NCBI GenBank assembly: GCA_944326555.1
Contig: CALVEK010000009.1
Coordinates: forward strand, 13,778 to 77,777
Length of the DNA: 64,000 nucleotides
Direction of reading: 5' to 3'
Source: Candidatus Gastranaerophilales bacterium
GTDB lineage: Bacteria; Cyanobacteriota; Vampirovibrionia; Gastranaerophilales; Gastranaerophilaceae
Part shown: in pieces, positions 9,807-19,500 of the stretch
Layout of the letters: every line of letters starts with the position of its first letter
Numbering within the stretch: the first letter of the stretch is position 1
Notes under the pieces: generated by a model
What the model saw: only the letters and a program-made list of their open reading frames with translations
Database searches by the model: none
Told to the model about the DNA's origin: nothing
Position numbers and translations under genes: made by a program

Positions 9807-9833
9807 ATATCGGTTTTTATACCCATTAATTTA
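9807..9833 (-). promoter_or_regulatory. Sigma28/FliA (SigD)-type promoter
   Basis: The minus strand reads TAAA-N15-ACCGATAT (TAAA = complement of 9830-9833; ACCGATAT = complement of 9807-9814), against consensus TAAA-N15-GCCGATAT. It lies about 70 nt upstream of the TTG start at 9738. Confidence 0.6.
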
Positions 9834-10066
9834 AGTTTTTTTCACAATTTCATACAAAAGTATGAGCTAAAAAAACAGAGAGAATATATCGTCATTTCTC
9901 CTATAATTTAATGATTTTTTAGAAAAAGTCATGCTCCAATCAAATAAACAGATGAACATGCAAATAATTATTCATAACAATGTATGATTTTCTACAACTA
10001 AAGTATGTGTAGAATAACACTATACTCCTTAAATAAAGACGACGATACGCATATCCCTAATCTAAT

Positions 10067-10099
10067 AGCTATGAACCCCTAAGTTTATAGCTTTTTTTT
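10067..10099 (+). terminator. Plus-strand-oriented intrinsic terminator with no annotated plus-strand gene upstream
   Basis: 10-bp stem AGCTATGAAC (10067-10076) / GTTTATAGCT (10083-10092) with one G-U pair, followed by T8 (10092-10099). There is no A-run on the other side, so it is poorly oriented for the minus-strand gtrA-like gene. Confidence 0.55.
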
Positions 10100-10122
10100 A
10101 TGCCTAAATATTCTCCCAAAAA

Positions 10123-10503
10123 CTAATTTTTAAAAGTATAGTTATTGTGTCCGACAAAACTCACAACAGTTAGCAAAAAAGTTACCAATATGTTACTTAT
10201 GATTGCAGAAATCTTGGCAATATCCACTAACAAATACATTAACAACAAACCAATAAAAAAAGATAACAAATAAACCGTACAAAATTTTACGTACTCTTTA
10301 AAAATACTTGTATCATGCGTTTTAAAAACAAATAATTTATGACAAATATAAGCATTGGTAATACTAATTATCCAAGTTAAAATATTTAACAAAAGATAAT
10401 GAGACTCACCAAACAATATAATCAACAAAGAATATAATCCGAGCCCGAAAAGAGTATTCCAAGCACCGACAATTATAAATTTTATTTCTTTATTTAATAA
10501 CAT
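10123..10503 (-). CDS. GtrA-family membrane protein
   Basis: 126 aa with 4 predicted TM helices. The N-terminus KFIIVGAWNTLFGLGLYSLL is typical of GtrA-like proteins. Confidence 0.75.
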   Translation of the reverse strand: MLLNKEIKFIIVGAWNTLFGLGLYSLLIILFGESHYLLLNILTWIISITNAYICHKLFVFKTHDTSIFKEYVKFCTVYLLSFFIGLLLMYLLVDIAKISAIISNILVTFLLTVVSFVGHNNYTFKN

Positions 10504-10519
10504 ATTTTTAAATTAATAC

Positions 10520-11284
10520 CTAAAAATTGAACAATACTTTTGCATTATTGGTAGTAGCCTCAGCGACCTGCTCAAAATCGATGCCTCTTAATTGAGCAAT
10601 TTCTTGAGCAACATATTTTACATAAGCGGGCTGATTTTGTTTACCTCTAAAAAGGACAGGCGCCATATAAGGAGCATCCGTTTCAAGCAGCAATCTGTCT
10701 AATGGTACTACTTTTGCAACTTCCTTTGTTTTTTTAGAATTTTTGAAAGTTACAACTCCGCCAAGAGCAATATAAAACCCCTCTCTTACACATTCCATAG
10801 CAAACTCAGGGCTGCCTGAAAAACAGTGCATAACTACTCCAACATCTGCTGCTTTCGTTTTTTTTAGAATTTCAAAACTGTCTTGATGAGCTTCTCTATC
10901 ATGTACAAGAACAGGTTTAACAGCCTCTTTTGCCAGCAAAATTTGTCTTTCAAAAATTTTCTTTTGCAATTCAATTTGAGATTTATCCCAATAATAATCG
11001 AGCCCAATCTCACCGACTGCGACAATTTTATTATGTTTTAAATAATCTCTTATTAAATCATCGGTATTATCATCGTAAGCATTCACTTCTTCAGGATGAA
11101 CACCTACTGCACCATAAATTTCTTCATGCACATTACATAAAGACAAAATCCTCTCAAAGCCTGATGGCTCAACACCGGGGATTATGACTTTTTTGACATC
11201 ATAGTCCAATGCAGTTTTTAAAACTTCATCAAAACAGTCTTTAAAATCATCCAAATCAATATGTGTATGAGTATCTATCAACAT
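10520..11284 (-). CDS. TatD-family metal-dependent hydrolase/DNase
   Basis: 254 aa with the N-terminal IDTHTHID motif, GEIGLDYYW, HCFSG and ETDAPY motifs. Confidence 0.9.
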   Translation of the reverse strand: MLIDTHTHIDLDDFKDCFDEVLKTALDYDVKKVIIPGVEPSGFERILSLCNVHEEIYGAVGVHPEEVNAYDDNTDDLIRDYLKHNKIVAVGEIGLDYYWDKSQIELQKKIFERQILLAKEAVKPVLVHDREAHQDSFEILKKTKAADVGVVMHCFSGSPEFAMECVREGFYIALGGVVTFKNSKKTKEVAKVVPLDRLLLETDAPYMAPVLFRGKQNQPAYVKYVAQEIAQLRGIDFEQVAEATTNNAKVLFNF

Positions 11285-12513
11285 AAAAAGAAACTTTCAA
11301 TAAGAGCTTTTTGGTTTTCATCTTTTATTTTTGAAATAATCTTTTCCTTATCAAGACCCGCTAGTGAATCAAGCTGCTTAAGAGTTGCAACAGTCTCACA
11401 AATAATTACTTCATTATTTGAATTTAAAAGTGCTTTCAAGTTTTCAACAGACTCTTTTATTTTGTAATCGGAAACCACTCTTAAAGCGCTGGAAATCCTA
11501 TGAGCAGGAACATTTATATCAAGTTCTTGAACAGAAAGTCTTTTTTGTGCATTCCAAAAATACTCCTGTTGTTTACTCAACAAATTATATATTTCAGACA
11601 CTTCCTGCTTTGTATTTTTGTCCTCATCAAAAGTGTATTCGTCATTGTTTGCCAACATATCAAACTTTGAAAGGGCAGCAAGCAAAACAACTGCTGCTTG
11701 AGGATTTTTATTCTGCTGATTATCAGTAATCAAAAACGACAAAACATCATACATTTCAAAATTAAAAATCTGATTTAAAGGCAAAATTTCTCCAAGTCCG
11801 GAAATTATATTGTCCAAACAGGATATAGCTTGTTCTTTTTTAGTTTGTATTAAATTAAGCAAACTTTCCAGATATGGTATTTCACCAGCTATATTTTCAG
11901 CCATAGAAGATTTTTCCATTGCATTTAAAAGATAATCAACAGCATTTTTATCTTCAAAAGCGACCAAAAACTTAACCGCTTTTAACACAGTAAAATCATC
12001 ATCAGAATTTAAAAGAGAAATTGCCTTTTGATAAGCGCTATCATCTTGCATTACCCCAAGAGCTCTTGCGGAATTGAAAGCCAAAGCCTCATTGTCATTA
12101 TCCTCAAGAGCGTACTGTATCAACAATTCAGCACTTATTGTATCAGGTATATATGCAAAATATTTTGCACTATAAGTCTTTTCGCTTTGAGAACCGTTCT
12201 CCAGCAAATTCAACATATCATCAGTCAAATCTTCGTCCGCAAACTGCGCAATCGAAGAAATTATGATTTCCTCAAAATCAGGTGCATAAACTTTGAAAAA
12301 CTCAAAAAGATTCTTGTAATTGTTTTCATTTATAGCTGCACCAAGACGTTTGCTTACATTATTTTTCACAAAATCAAACAGGAATTCACTTTTATCAGCA
12401 AGCAATTGAAAGGCTTCTACATTCGCATTATCAACAATTTCTCTTGCTGCGGCGTAGGCCTTTTTGTCATCTTTTGCAGTCAAATCTTTGACTAATTGTT
12501 CATTATTTGTCAT
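11278..12513 (-). CDS. Hypothetical HEAT/armadillo-like repeat protein
   Basis: 411 aa, all-helical, with repeats resembling HEAT (ALAFNSARALGVMQDDSAYQKAISLLNSDDDFTVLKAVKFLVAFEDKNAVDYL). It overlaps the tatD-like start by 7 nt. Confidence 0.6.
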   Translation of the reverse strand: MTNNEQLVKDLTAKDDKKAYAAAREIVDNANVEAFQLLADKSEFLFDFVKNNVSKRLGAAINENNYKNLFEFFKVYAPDFEEIIISSIAQFADEDLTDDMLNLLENGSQSEKTYSAKYFAYIPDTISAELLIQYALEDNDNEALAFNSARALGVMQDDSAYQKAISLLNSDDDFTVLKAVKFLVAFEDKNAVDYLLNAMEKSSMAENIAGEIPYLESLLNLIQTKKEQAISCLDNIISGLGEILPLNQIFNFEMYDVLSFLITDNQQNKNPQAAVVLLAALSKFDMLANNDEYTFDEDKNTKQEVSEIYNLLSKQQEYFWNAQKRLSVQELDINVPAHRISSALRVVSDYKIKESVENLKALLNSNNEVIICETVATLKQLDSLAGLDKEKIISKIKDENQKALIESFFLC

Positions 12514-12527
12514 AAAAGTTCTTTCTA

Positions 12528-15002
12528 TTATTCACGGAAGCTGAGTTCTTTGACAGATTTTTTAAGATTATTTCTAACAGAGTTCATCTGTTCTTCAACA
12601 ACCTCATCAGTAAGAGTTGCTTGAGCATCTTGGAATTTTATCCTAAACGCCATGCTCTTGAATCCGTCTTGAATATGTTCTCCCTGATAAACATCAAAAA
12701 GTTCTTCACCGTTGAACAAATTACTTTTTACAGATTTTTTGATAATTTTTGAAATCTCATCACAAGATACAGCCTCAGGCACAACAAAAGCCAAATCACG
12801 TTGCACCTCAGGGAATTGTGCAAGTTTTTTGTATCTTACTGTCGAAATATGAACAGCTTTTAAGAGTTCTTCAAGATTGATTTCAAAAACATAAACATTT
12901 TGTTGGAATTTTTCCTTATCTTTCAATATCGGGTGGAGCTCTCCAAAGAAACCTACTTCTAAGGGCTGTTTACCAAGAAGAACAAGTTTTGCCGATTTGC
13001 CGGGGTGCAAAAAGTCTTTTTTATCTTCCACACTGCAAGCTCTCAATTGAACTCTGTTTTGCAATCCCATTAATTCCAAAAGGTTTTGTATAACTCCTTT
13101 TACACCATAAAAATCCAACTCGGAAACTTTTGATTTTTGTGTCCATTTGTCATTATCAACATTACCTGTCATTGCACCAGCTATCATTCTGTTTTCAACA
13201 ACACCTGTATCTGTTTCTGTAGTTTCATGGTCAATAAAATAAGTTCTGCCCAACTCATAAATCCACAAGTTTTTCTGTCCGTTAGAAAGATTTGTTTTAA
13301 CAACATTTAAAACACTCGGAATCATAGACTGACGAAGCATTGTATGTTCTTCACTTTGAGGATTACAAACTTTGACAGCCTTTGAGTCGTCGTATGCAAC
13401 AGAATATTCCTTGTGAATAGGCTCACCAACCAACGAAGACGTAACAGTCTCAAGGAATCCTGCACCCAAAAACAGATTGTGAATCTTTTTGAGTAATGAA
13501 TCTTCTTCTCTAATCTCAGGAGACTGAGTGTTTTTAGGTAAAGTCGGAGCTATTTTGTCATATCCGTATATTCTTGATATTTCTTCAATCAGGTCAATTT
13601 CTCTGTATACATCAACCATTCTAAAAGACGGAACCTTAAACTTTGCGGCAATTTCATTTTTACCAAGAAGCTCAAACCCAAGGTTCTCGAGAATTTCAAC
13701 ACATTTTTCGACAGGGATTTCCGTACCCAAAATACGTTTAATTTGTGCAAAACGAAGAGTAATGTCAATTTCAGGAAGTTTATTGTTACCTGTTTCAACA
13801 ATACCGTCAACCTGAGCATCGGCAAGATCAACCATTAACTGCATCGCTCTAAGCAAAGCAGGTTTAACCATTTCTATATCAATACCTCTTTCAAATCTAG
13901 CACTTGCTTCACTTCTGTAGCCGATACTTCTTGCGGAACGTCTATTTTGAGCAGGTGTAAAATATGCAGCCTCTAAAGCTATATTTTTTGTATTGTCATC
14001 AACTTCGCTGTTTGCAGAACCGAATACACCGCCGACACAAACTGCTTTTTCTTTGGTAGCAATCAAAACTGTATCACTATTTGTATTTCTCTCAATTTCA
14101 TCAAGAGTAACAATAGTTTCTCCCTCGTGAGCACGTCTTACACAGAGGTATCCGTCTAATTTGTCTTTATCAAAAGCGTGCAACGGGCATCCGTACTCTA
14201 AAAGAACATAGTTAGTTATATCAACAACGTTATTAATAGCTCTGATACCGCAAGCGGTCAAACGTCTTTGCATCCAATCAGGCGATGGTTTTATAACAAC
14301 ATTTTTAAGAAGCCCGACGCTGTAATATTTACAACCCTCATTATCAAGTATTTCTACCTTGAATTTATCTGTAGAATTATCCTGAGTTGTCTGCAAAGGT
14401 GAAAACTGTAATTTTTTATTAAAGATAGCAGAAAGTTCTCTTGCCACACCGATTACAGACATTTCGTCCCCTCTATTTGCGGTTGGGGCAACATCAAAGA
14501 CTATATCCTCTTTTATATCCAAAACCTTTTCAAGTTGTTCACCAAGTTTTAAATCACTGTATAGTCTGTTAAGAATAAGAATTCCGTCTTCTTCTTGCAT
14601 ATTTTCAAGGCCGAGTTCATCTTGAGAACAGAGCATACCCTGAGATTCAACCCCTCTGATTTTTGCAGGAGTCAATTCAAATTGCTCACCTGTTTTTCTG
14701 TCAAGAACCTTAGACCCTACAGAAGCATAAGGAATTATTTGTCCCTCTTCAATATTTTGAGCACCGCAAACTACTGTTTTTGTTTCTGTACCGATATCAA
14801 CAGTAACCAGATGAAGTTTGTCAGCATTTGGATGCTGCTCAATGAGTTTTATTTGTGCAACTCTTATATTAGAAAATTTCGGCCCTGTTTTTTCTATCTC
14901 TTCAACTTCTAATCCGCTCATTGTAAGTTCATGAGCAATTTGTTCAGGAGTAACATTCGATAAATCAACGTATTCATTAAGCCATTCTAGTGAAATTTTC
15001 AT
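12528..15002 (-). CDS. pheT: Phenylalanine--tRNA ligase beta subunit
   Basis: 824 aa with an N-terminal tRNA-binding (OB) domain VAQIKLIEQHPNADKLHLVTVDIG, B3/4 and B5 regions, and a C-terminal FDX-ACB-like domain. No pheS is adjacent. Confidence 0.95.
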   Translation of the reverse strand: MKISLEWLNEYVDLSNVTPEQIAHELTMSGLEVEEIEKTGPKFSNIRVAQIKLIEQHPNADKLHLVTVDIGTETKTVVCGAQNIEEGQIIPYASVGSKVLDRKTGEQFELTPAKIRGVESQGMLCSQDELGLENMQEEDGILILNRLYSDLKLGEQLEKVLDIKEDIVFDVAPTANRGDEMSVIGVARELSAIFNKKLQFSPLQTTQDNSTDKFKVEILDNEGCKYYSVGLLKNVVIKPSPDWMQRRLTACGIRAINNVVDITNYVLLEYGCPLHAFDKDKLDGYLCVRRAHEGETIVTLDEIERNTNSDTVLIATKEKAVCVGGVFGSANSEVDDNTKNIALEAAYFTPAQNRRSARSIGYRSEASARFERGIDIEMVKPALLRAMQLMVDLADAQVDGIVETGNNKLPEIDITLRFAQIKRILGTEIPVEKCVEILENLGFELLGKNEIAAKFKVPSFRMVDVYREIDLIEEISRIYGYDKIAPTLPKNTQSPEIREEDSLLKKIHNLFLGAGFLETVTSSLVGEPIHKEYSVAYDDSKAVKVCNPQSEEHTMLRQSMIPSVLNVVKTNLSNGQKNLWIYELGRTYFIDHETTETDTGVVENRMIAGAMTGNVDNDKWTQKSKVSELDFYGVKGVIQNLLELMGLQNRVQLRACSVEDKKDFLHPGKSAKLVLLGKQPLEVGFFGELHPILKDKEKFQQNVYVFEINLEELLKAVHISTVRYKKLAQFPEVQRDLAFVVPEAVSCDEISKIIKKSVKSNLFNGEELFDVYQGEHIQDGFKSMAFRIKFQDAQATLTDEVVEEQMNSVRNNLKKSVKELSFRE

Positions 15003-15004
15003 AA

Positions 15005-15072
15005 TTTTATTTCGTCCTTCTTATTCAATTATTTTATAGAACAATTTTATAATAAAGAGGGACGAAATAAAA
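15005..15072 (-). promoter_or_regulatory. Long inverted repeat immediately upstream of the pheT start
   Basis: 18-bp stem (15005-15022 pairs with 15055-15072, one non-Watson-Crick pair) with a 32-nt AT-rich loop. It ends 3 nt from the pheT ATG and lies 22 nt downstream of the preceding gene's stop. Confidence 0.5.
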
Positions 15073-15093
15073 TACCGGATTTATCTTTTTAGA

Positions 15094-15834
15094 TTAATCG
15101 TTTCTGAGTTTTGCAAGCAAATTAAGAATCTCTATGTAAAGCCATACAAGTGTAACCATCAAGCCAAATGCACCATACCACTCGTAATCCTTTGGCAACA
15201 TATTTGCAGAGCCCTGTTCGATAAAATCAAAATCCAAAATCAAACATAAAGCGGCAAAGATAACAACTATAGCACTAAAAAGTATCCCCATAGGTCCTGC
15301 ACCATCAATAAATGGGATTTGAAAATTAAAAAACGAACCTACAAAATTAATTAAATACAACACCACAATAGTAATCAAACCTGACATTATAGTGGCTCTC
15401 AATTTTTGAGTAGCCTTAATTGCGCCAATTCTGTATAAAAACAGCATAACACCCAATACCAAAACCGTTCCCGAAACTGCCTGAACAGCGATACCAGGGA
15501 ATTTAACTTCTAACATTAGAGAAAATGCAACTAACAAAGCTCCTTCACAAAAAGCATATATAGGCGCAAGGAATTTAGCTAATTTAGGAACAAATGAAGT
15601 AACAAGACCTGTTGCCAAACCGCCGAATAATGCTATTTGCATTATCAGCATAACTTTATCGGCATAACCCATCATTGCTTCATAAAAAACTGCTCCGCCT
15701 GCAATAACCGCTATCAAAAACAGAATAAAAGCCTTACCCAAAGCCCCGTTTACAGTCATCGGATTACTGTCAATTACACCTTCTATATTTTCACCGTTCA
15801 TTCTTCTTAGAACAGGATTTGAACTTCTAAACAT
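15094..15834 (-). CDS. Bax-inhibitor-1/YccA-family membrane protein
   Basis: The start is chosen at MFRSSNPVL (15834) because AGGAGG lies 4 nt upstream. The protein has 7 hydrophobic segments and the N-terminal SSNPVL motif typical of this family. Confidence 0.8.
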   Translation of the reverse strand: MFRSSNPVLRRMNGENIEGVIDSNPMTVNGALGKAFILFLIAVIAGGAVFYEAMMGYADKVMLIMQIALFGGLATGLVTSFVPKLAKFLAPIYAFCEGALLVAFSLMLEVKFPGIAVQAVSGTVLVLGVMLFLYRIGAIKATQKLRATIMSGLITIVVLYLINFVGSFFNFQIPFIDGAGPMGILFSAIVVIFAALCLILDFDFIEQGSANMLPKDYEWYGAFGLMVTLVWLYIEILNLLAKLRND

Positions 15835-15977
15835 AAAACCTCCTATAATACAATCTTGCAACTGAATAAGTATTGCTGCCCTTTTAATCTATCAAGGCGT
15901 ATACAACTTTCTTTTTCAGATGACACTCAATCCATATTTAGCACATTTTTTTGTAAATATCAATTCTCAGGATGAAG

Positions 15978-16562
15978 TTACATAAATAAAAATTGAACAT
16001 TCTTTTTGAATACAGACGAAAAAAGAGCACTTTTTTCCTCAGCCATTTTCAGTTTCGGTTTAAAGCCTACTGTTTTGATATAGATATCAATAGAAAACTC
16101 TGTCTCTTTTGCCTCCATTCTCAATATTAAATTTTTATGAGGCTTGTCCATTCCGTCAGCAATCCTCAAGATTGAAGCAAGCTGACAAACCGTTTTCTTT
16201 TGTTCTTCCGTTAATTCTGTATAAATTTTATGTTTTGATTCGTCAGGATCAGAACCCCTATGATAACGAGCAATTGAAGCAATAATTTTTACCTCATCTT
16301 CATTAAAGCCCAAAACACCGTTTTCTATTATCAAATCTCTTGAATGTTTATGATGAGATTTTTTTTCGATGTAATAACCAATATCGTGTAAAAGTGAAGC
16401 ATTACAGAGATAATCTCTTTCTCTTGCTGTGAAGTTAGTAATCCCCGCCAACTGCAATGCATCAAAAAGTTTTTTTGAGTATTCTTCAACCTGCCTTGCG
16501 TGCTCAATGTCTGCACAATACTTTTTTAATATATTTTCTGCTGTATTTTCCGACAATTCCAT
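15978..16562 (-). CDS. Stand-alone HD-domain protein (Ppx/GppA C-terminal type)
   Basis: 194 aa with LLHDIGYYIEKKSHHKHSRDLI and ARYHRG motifs, as in the HD domain of exopolyphosphatase/GppA. Its start ATG is 1 nt after the cheA stop. Confidence 0.7.
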   Translation of the reverse strand: MELSENTAENILKKYCADIEHARQVEEYSKKLFDALQLAGITNFTARERDYLCNASLLHDIGYYIEKKSHHKHSRDLIIENGVLGFNEDEVKIIASIARYHRGSDPDESKHKIYTELTEEQKKTVCQLASILRIADGMDKPHKNLILRMEAKETEFSIDIYIKTVGFKPKLKMAEEKSALFSSVFKKNVQFLFM

Positions 16563-16563
16563 A

Positions 16564-19500
16564 TTAATTGTATTTCAATAATTTTTCTATTGTATCTAAA
16601 AGGCTATCTTGATTAAAACTACCCTTGCTTATAAAAGCATCTACCTCAGGCATATCATTTGCAAGATTATCCGTATCATAAGATGATATTATTATAATCG
16701 GAATATCTTTGAATTTTTGTTGAGATTTCAGTTCTCTAACAAACTTTGCCCCATCCATTTCAGGCATTTCCATATCAGATAGAATTAAATCAAAGTTATC
16801 TTTGTACAACTTTTCAAAGGCTTCTCTCGGGTTCTTAACAATCTCATAACTGTAACCCCAATGAGAAAGAATGTTTTTCAACAACTCTCTTGTAGTAAGA
16901 GAATCATCTACTATAAGAATTTTGTAGTCTTTATTTTCCTTAGCAACAATTTGATATTTTGGTATTGCCATGAGTGGTTTTTCGACAGGAGTATAAGTTG
17001 TCTTGTACAACTCAGGTAAGTTTAGAATCAAGCAAACTTCACCATTTGCAAGTGTCGTTATTCCTGAAATATTCTTGAGTTTAACAATAGGTGGCTCCAG
17101 TTTTTTCTGTAGTATATTTTGATCGCCAAGTATTTTGTCAACTATAATACCCATTAAACCGTTTTCTACCTCTATTAGAACAATTGTTTTTTTAGGAGAA
17201 GACTTCTCTTCACAAGGAAGCCCCATCAATTCACTAAGATAAAATATACTGACATTTCTTCCCTCTATCATTATTGTTTTAACAGACTGTCTTGTGTAGA
17301 TATCTTTATCACTTATCCACATGACATTCTTGATAGCAGTCATAGAAAGTGCAAATAACTGTCCGGCAGCTTCAACAATAAAGGCCTTTAATGTAGACAT
17401 TGAAATAGGCAACTCTATTGTTATTTTTGTCCCCTGTCCCGCAACCGAATATACTTTTACAGAACCGTTAAGTTGTGATATTTTGGTTTGAACAATATCA
17501 AGCCCAACCCCTCTGCCTGAAATTTCAGTAACAACTTGTTCCGTTGAAAACCCCGGCCAAAAAATTATATTCATAATCTGTTCTGCACTAAGGTATTCGG
17601 CTTCCTTTTGTGTTATGAGATTTTTTTCCAGTGCTCTTTTTACAATCTTTTTTAAATCTATCCCTCGACCGTCATCATGAATTTCGATAACTATTTTGTT
17701 TTGCAGACTTTTGGCAATCAAATATATTTTCCCCTTGGGAGATTTGCCTGCTGCAATTCTTTCTTGCGGAGTTTCTATGCCATGGTCTATTGAATTTCTT
17801 ATTATATGCATTAATGGTGCTTTTATTTCTTCAATAACTTTTTTATCGGCACTTGTTTCACTACCTGAGATTAACAACTCGATGTCTTTGCCTGTATCTT
17901 TTGAAATATCTCTTATCATCCTTGGGAACATGTGGAAAATAGTAGCTAACGGCAATACTCTAATATTTTTTATCATGCTCTCCAATTGAGTTATGATAAG
18001 AGATTGTTTTGTATCTTCTTCATCGACTGATTTTTGAAGATTTAAGATTTTATTATTCAATTTTATTATTTTTGCAGAATTTTCTTGCAATATTGAGAAT
18101 ATCTGCTTACTGAATATGGAAAAAGAAGAATAATCAAAATCAGTATCTTTATTGAGATATTTTCTATCATAATATTTGATAAAACTCTGGGATTTACTGT
18201 TAAAATTACGGAGTTCAGTAATGTCAGAAAGAATATGTTCTAATTCTGTGGTATTTTTCTTTTGCTTTATTCTTGCAATAATAAGCTCACCTATCTGGTT
18301 AACAAGTCCATCAAGTTTTTTTGAATCTACACGCAAAGTCCTTATAGAAGTAGTTTCGAACGAATTGAAAAAGTCTTGAGCTTTTTTAACAGGCAAAGAA
18401 GATTCGTCCAGACTCATCGTCAAATTGACTAAAGGATTAACAGAAGTATTCAAATCTATCATCTGCTTAACTATATCAAGTCTTTGGATAACAAGAGAAA
18501 AATCATCTGCATCTTCTTTTGTTTCAAAAATCATTTTTTCAACTGAAATCAAACTCTGACGAAGAATATTTATAACTTCCTTTTCCGGAAGTTTATTTGA
18601 ATTTTTCAATACAGACAAAATCTCTTCTATTTTGTGAGAGATATCGATAGCTTCTTTATTTTTTGTTAATTCAACCAGAATATCTATCGCATCATGCAAT
18701 GCCGGTATTTGTGTAAGATTGTGATCAAGATTATTTATGCCATCCTTTATAAATTCTATCTTTTTTTCTATGGTTTCTCTCTGCTCAGAATCTGTGTTTA
18801 ATTCAGCATTTTTTTCATCTTCTGCACTAATATTATGTTGTTTTTCATCAACTACTTTTTTATAGTCCAATTTTTCTATGCCGTACTCAGCATATATTTT
18901 GTTAAGCGAATTTACTATATTGGTTAATTTGTTTTCAATATCGGTAATTTCATCATCAGTCATGATATTTGAATTTTTCATAACAAAATCAACTTTGGCT
19001 TCAATATTTTGAAGTTCATTTTTTATATCAAAATAGTTTGTACTTTCAAATTTTTCGACCAGTTGTTTTACCAAATCATAAAATGTCTCAATATAAGATG
19101 AACCGTCAACACCTTTCATGTTGGTCAAAAGGAGATATGATTCGCTTATTAAAGCATTGACAGTTAATACTGTTTTTTCAAAATCCTTAGATATTTTTTT
19201 ATCTGCTTTATCAGAAATTTTAGGAATACTGTTTTCTGTTTTATCCGTATTTTCCTTTATCTGATTTTTTTCAAGAAGTTTATCAATATAATCAATTTGT
19301 TTTTGAATATCATCCGTATAATATTCTTTTTTAATTTTTACAGATTCCGTAATAAGATCTGAGAGCAAGTCTATTGCCTTATACAGAGCATCCGATATTT
19401 CTCTGTTTATTAAAACTTTGTTTTCTTTAGCAAGCCCTAAAACATCCTCTGCTTTGTGAGCCAAACGTTGTATATTGTTAAAGCCAATCATTCTTGCCGC

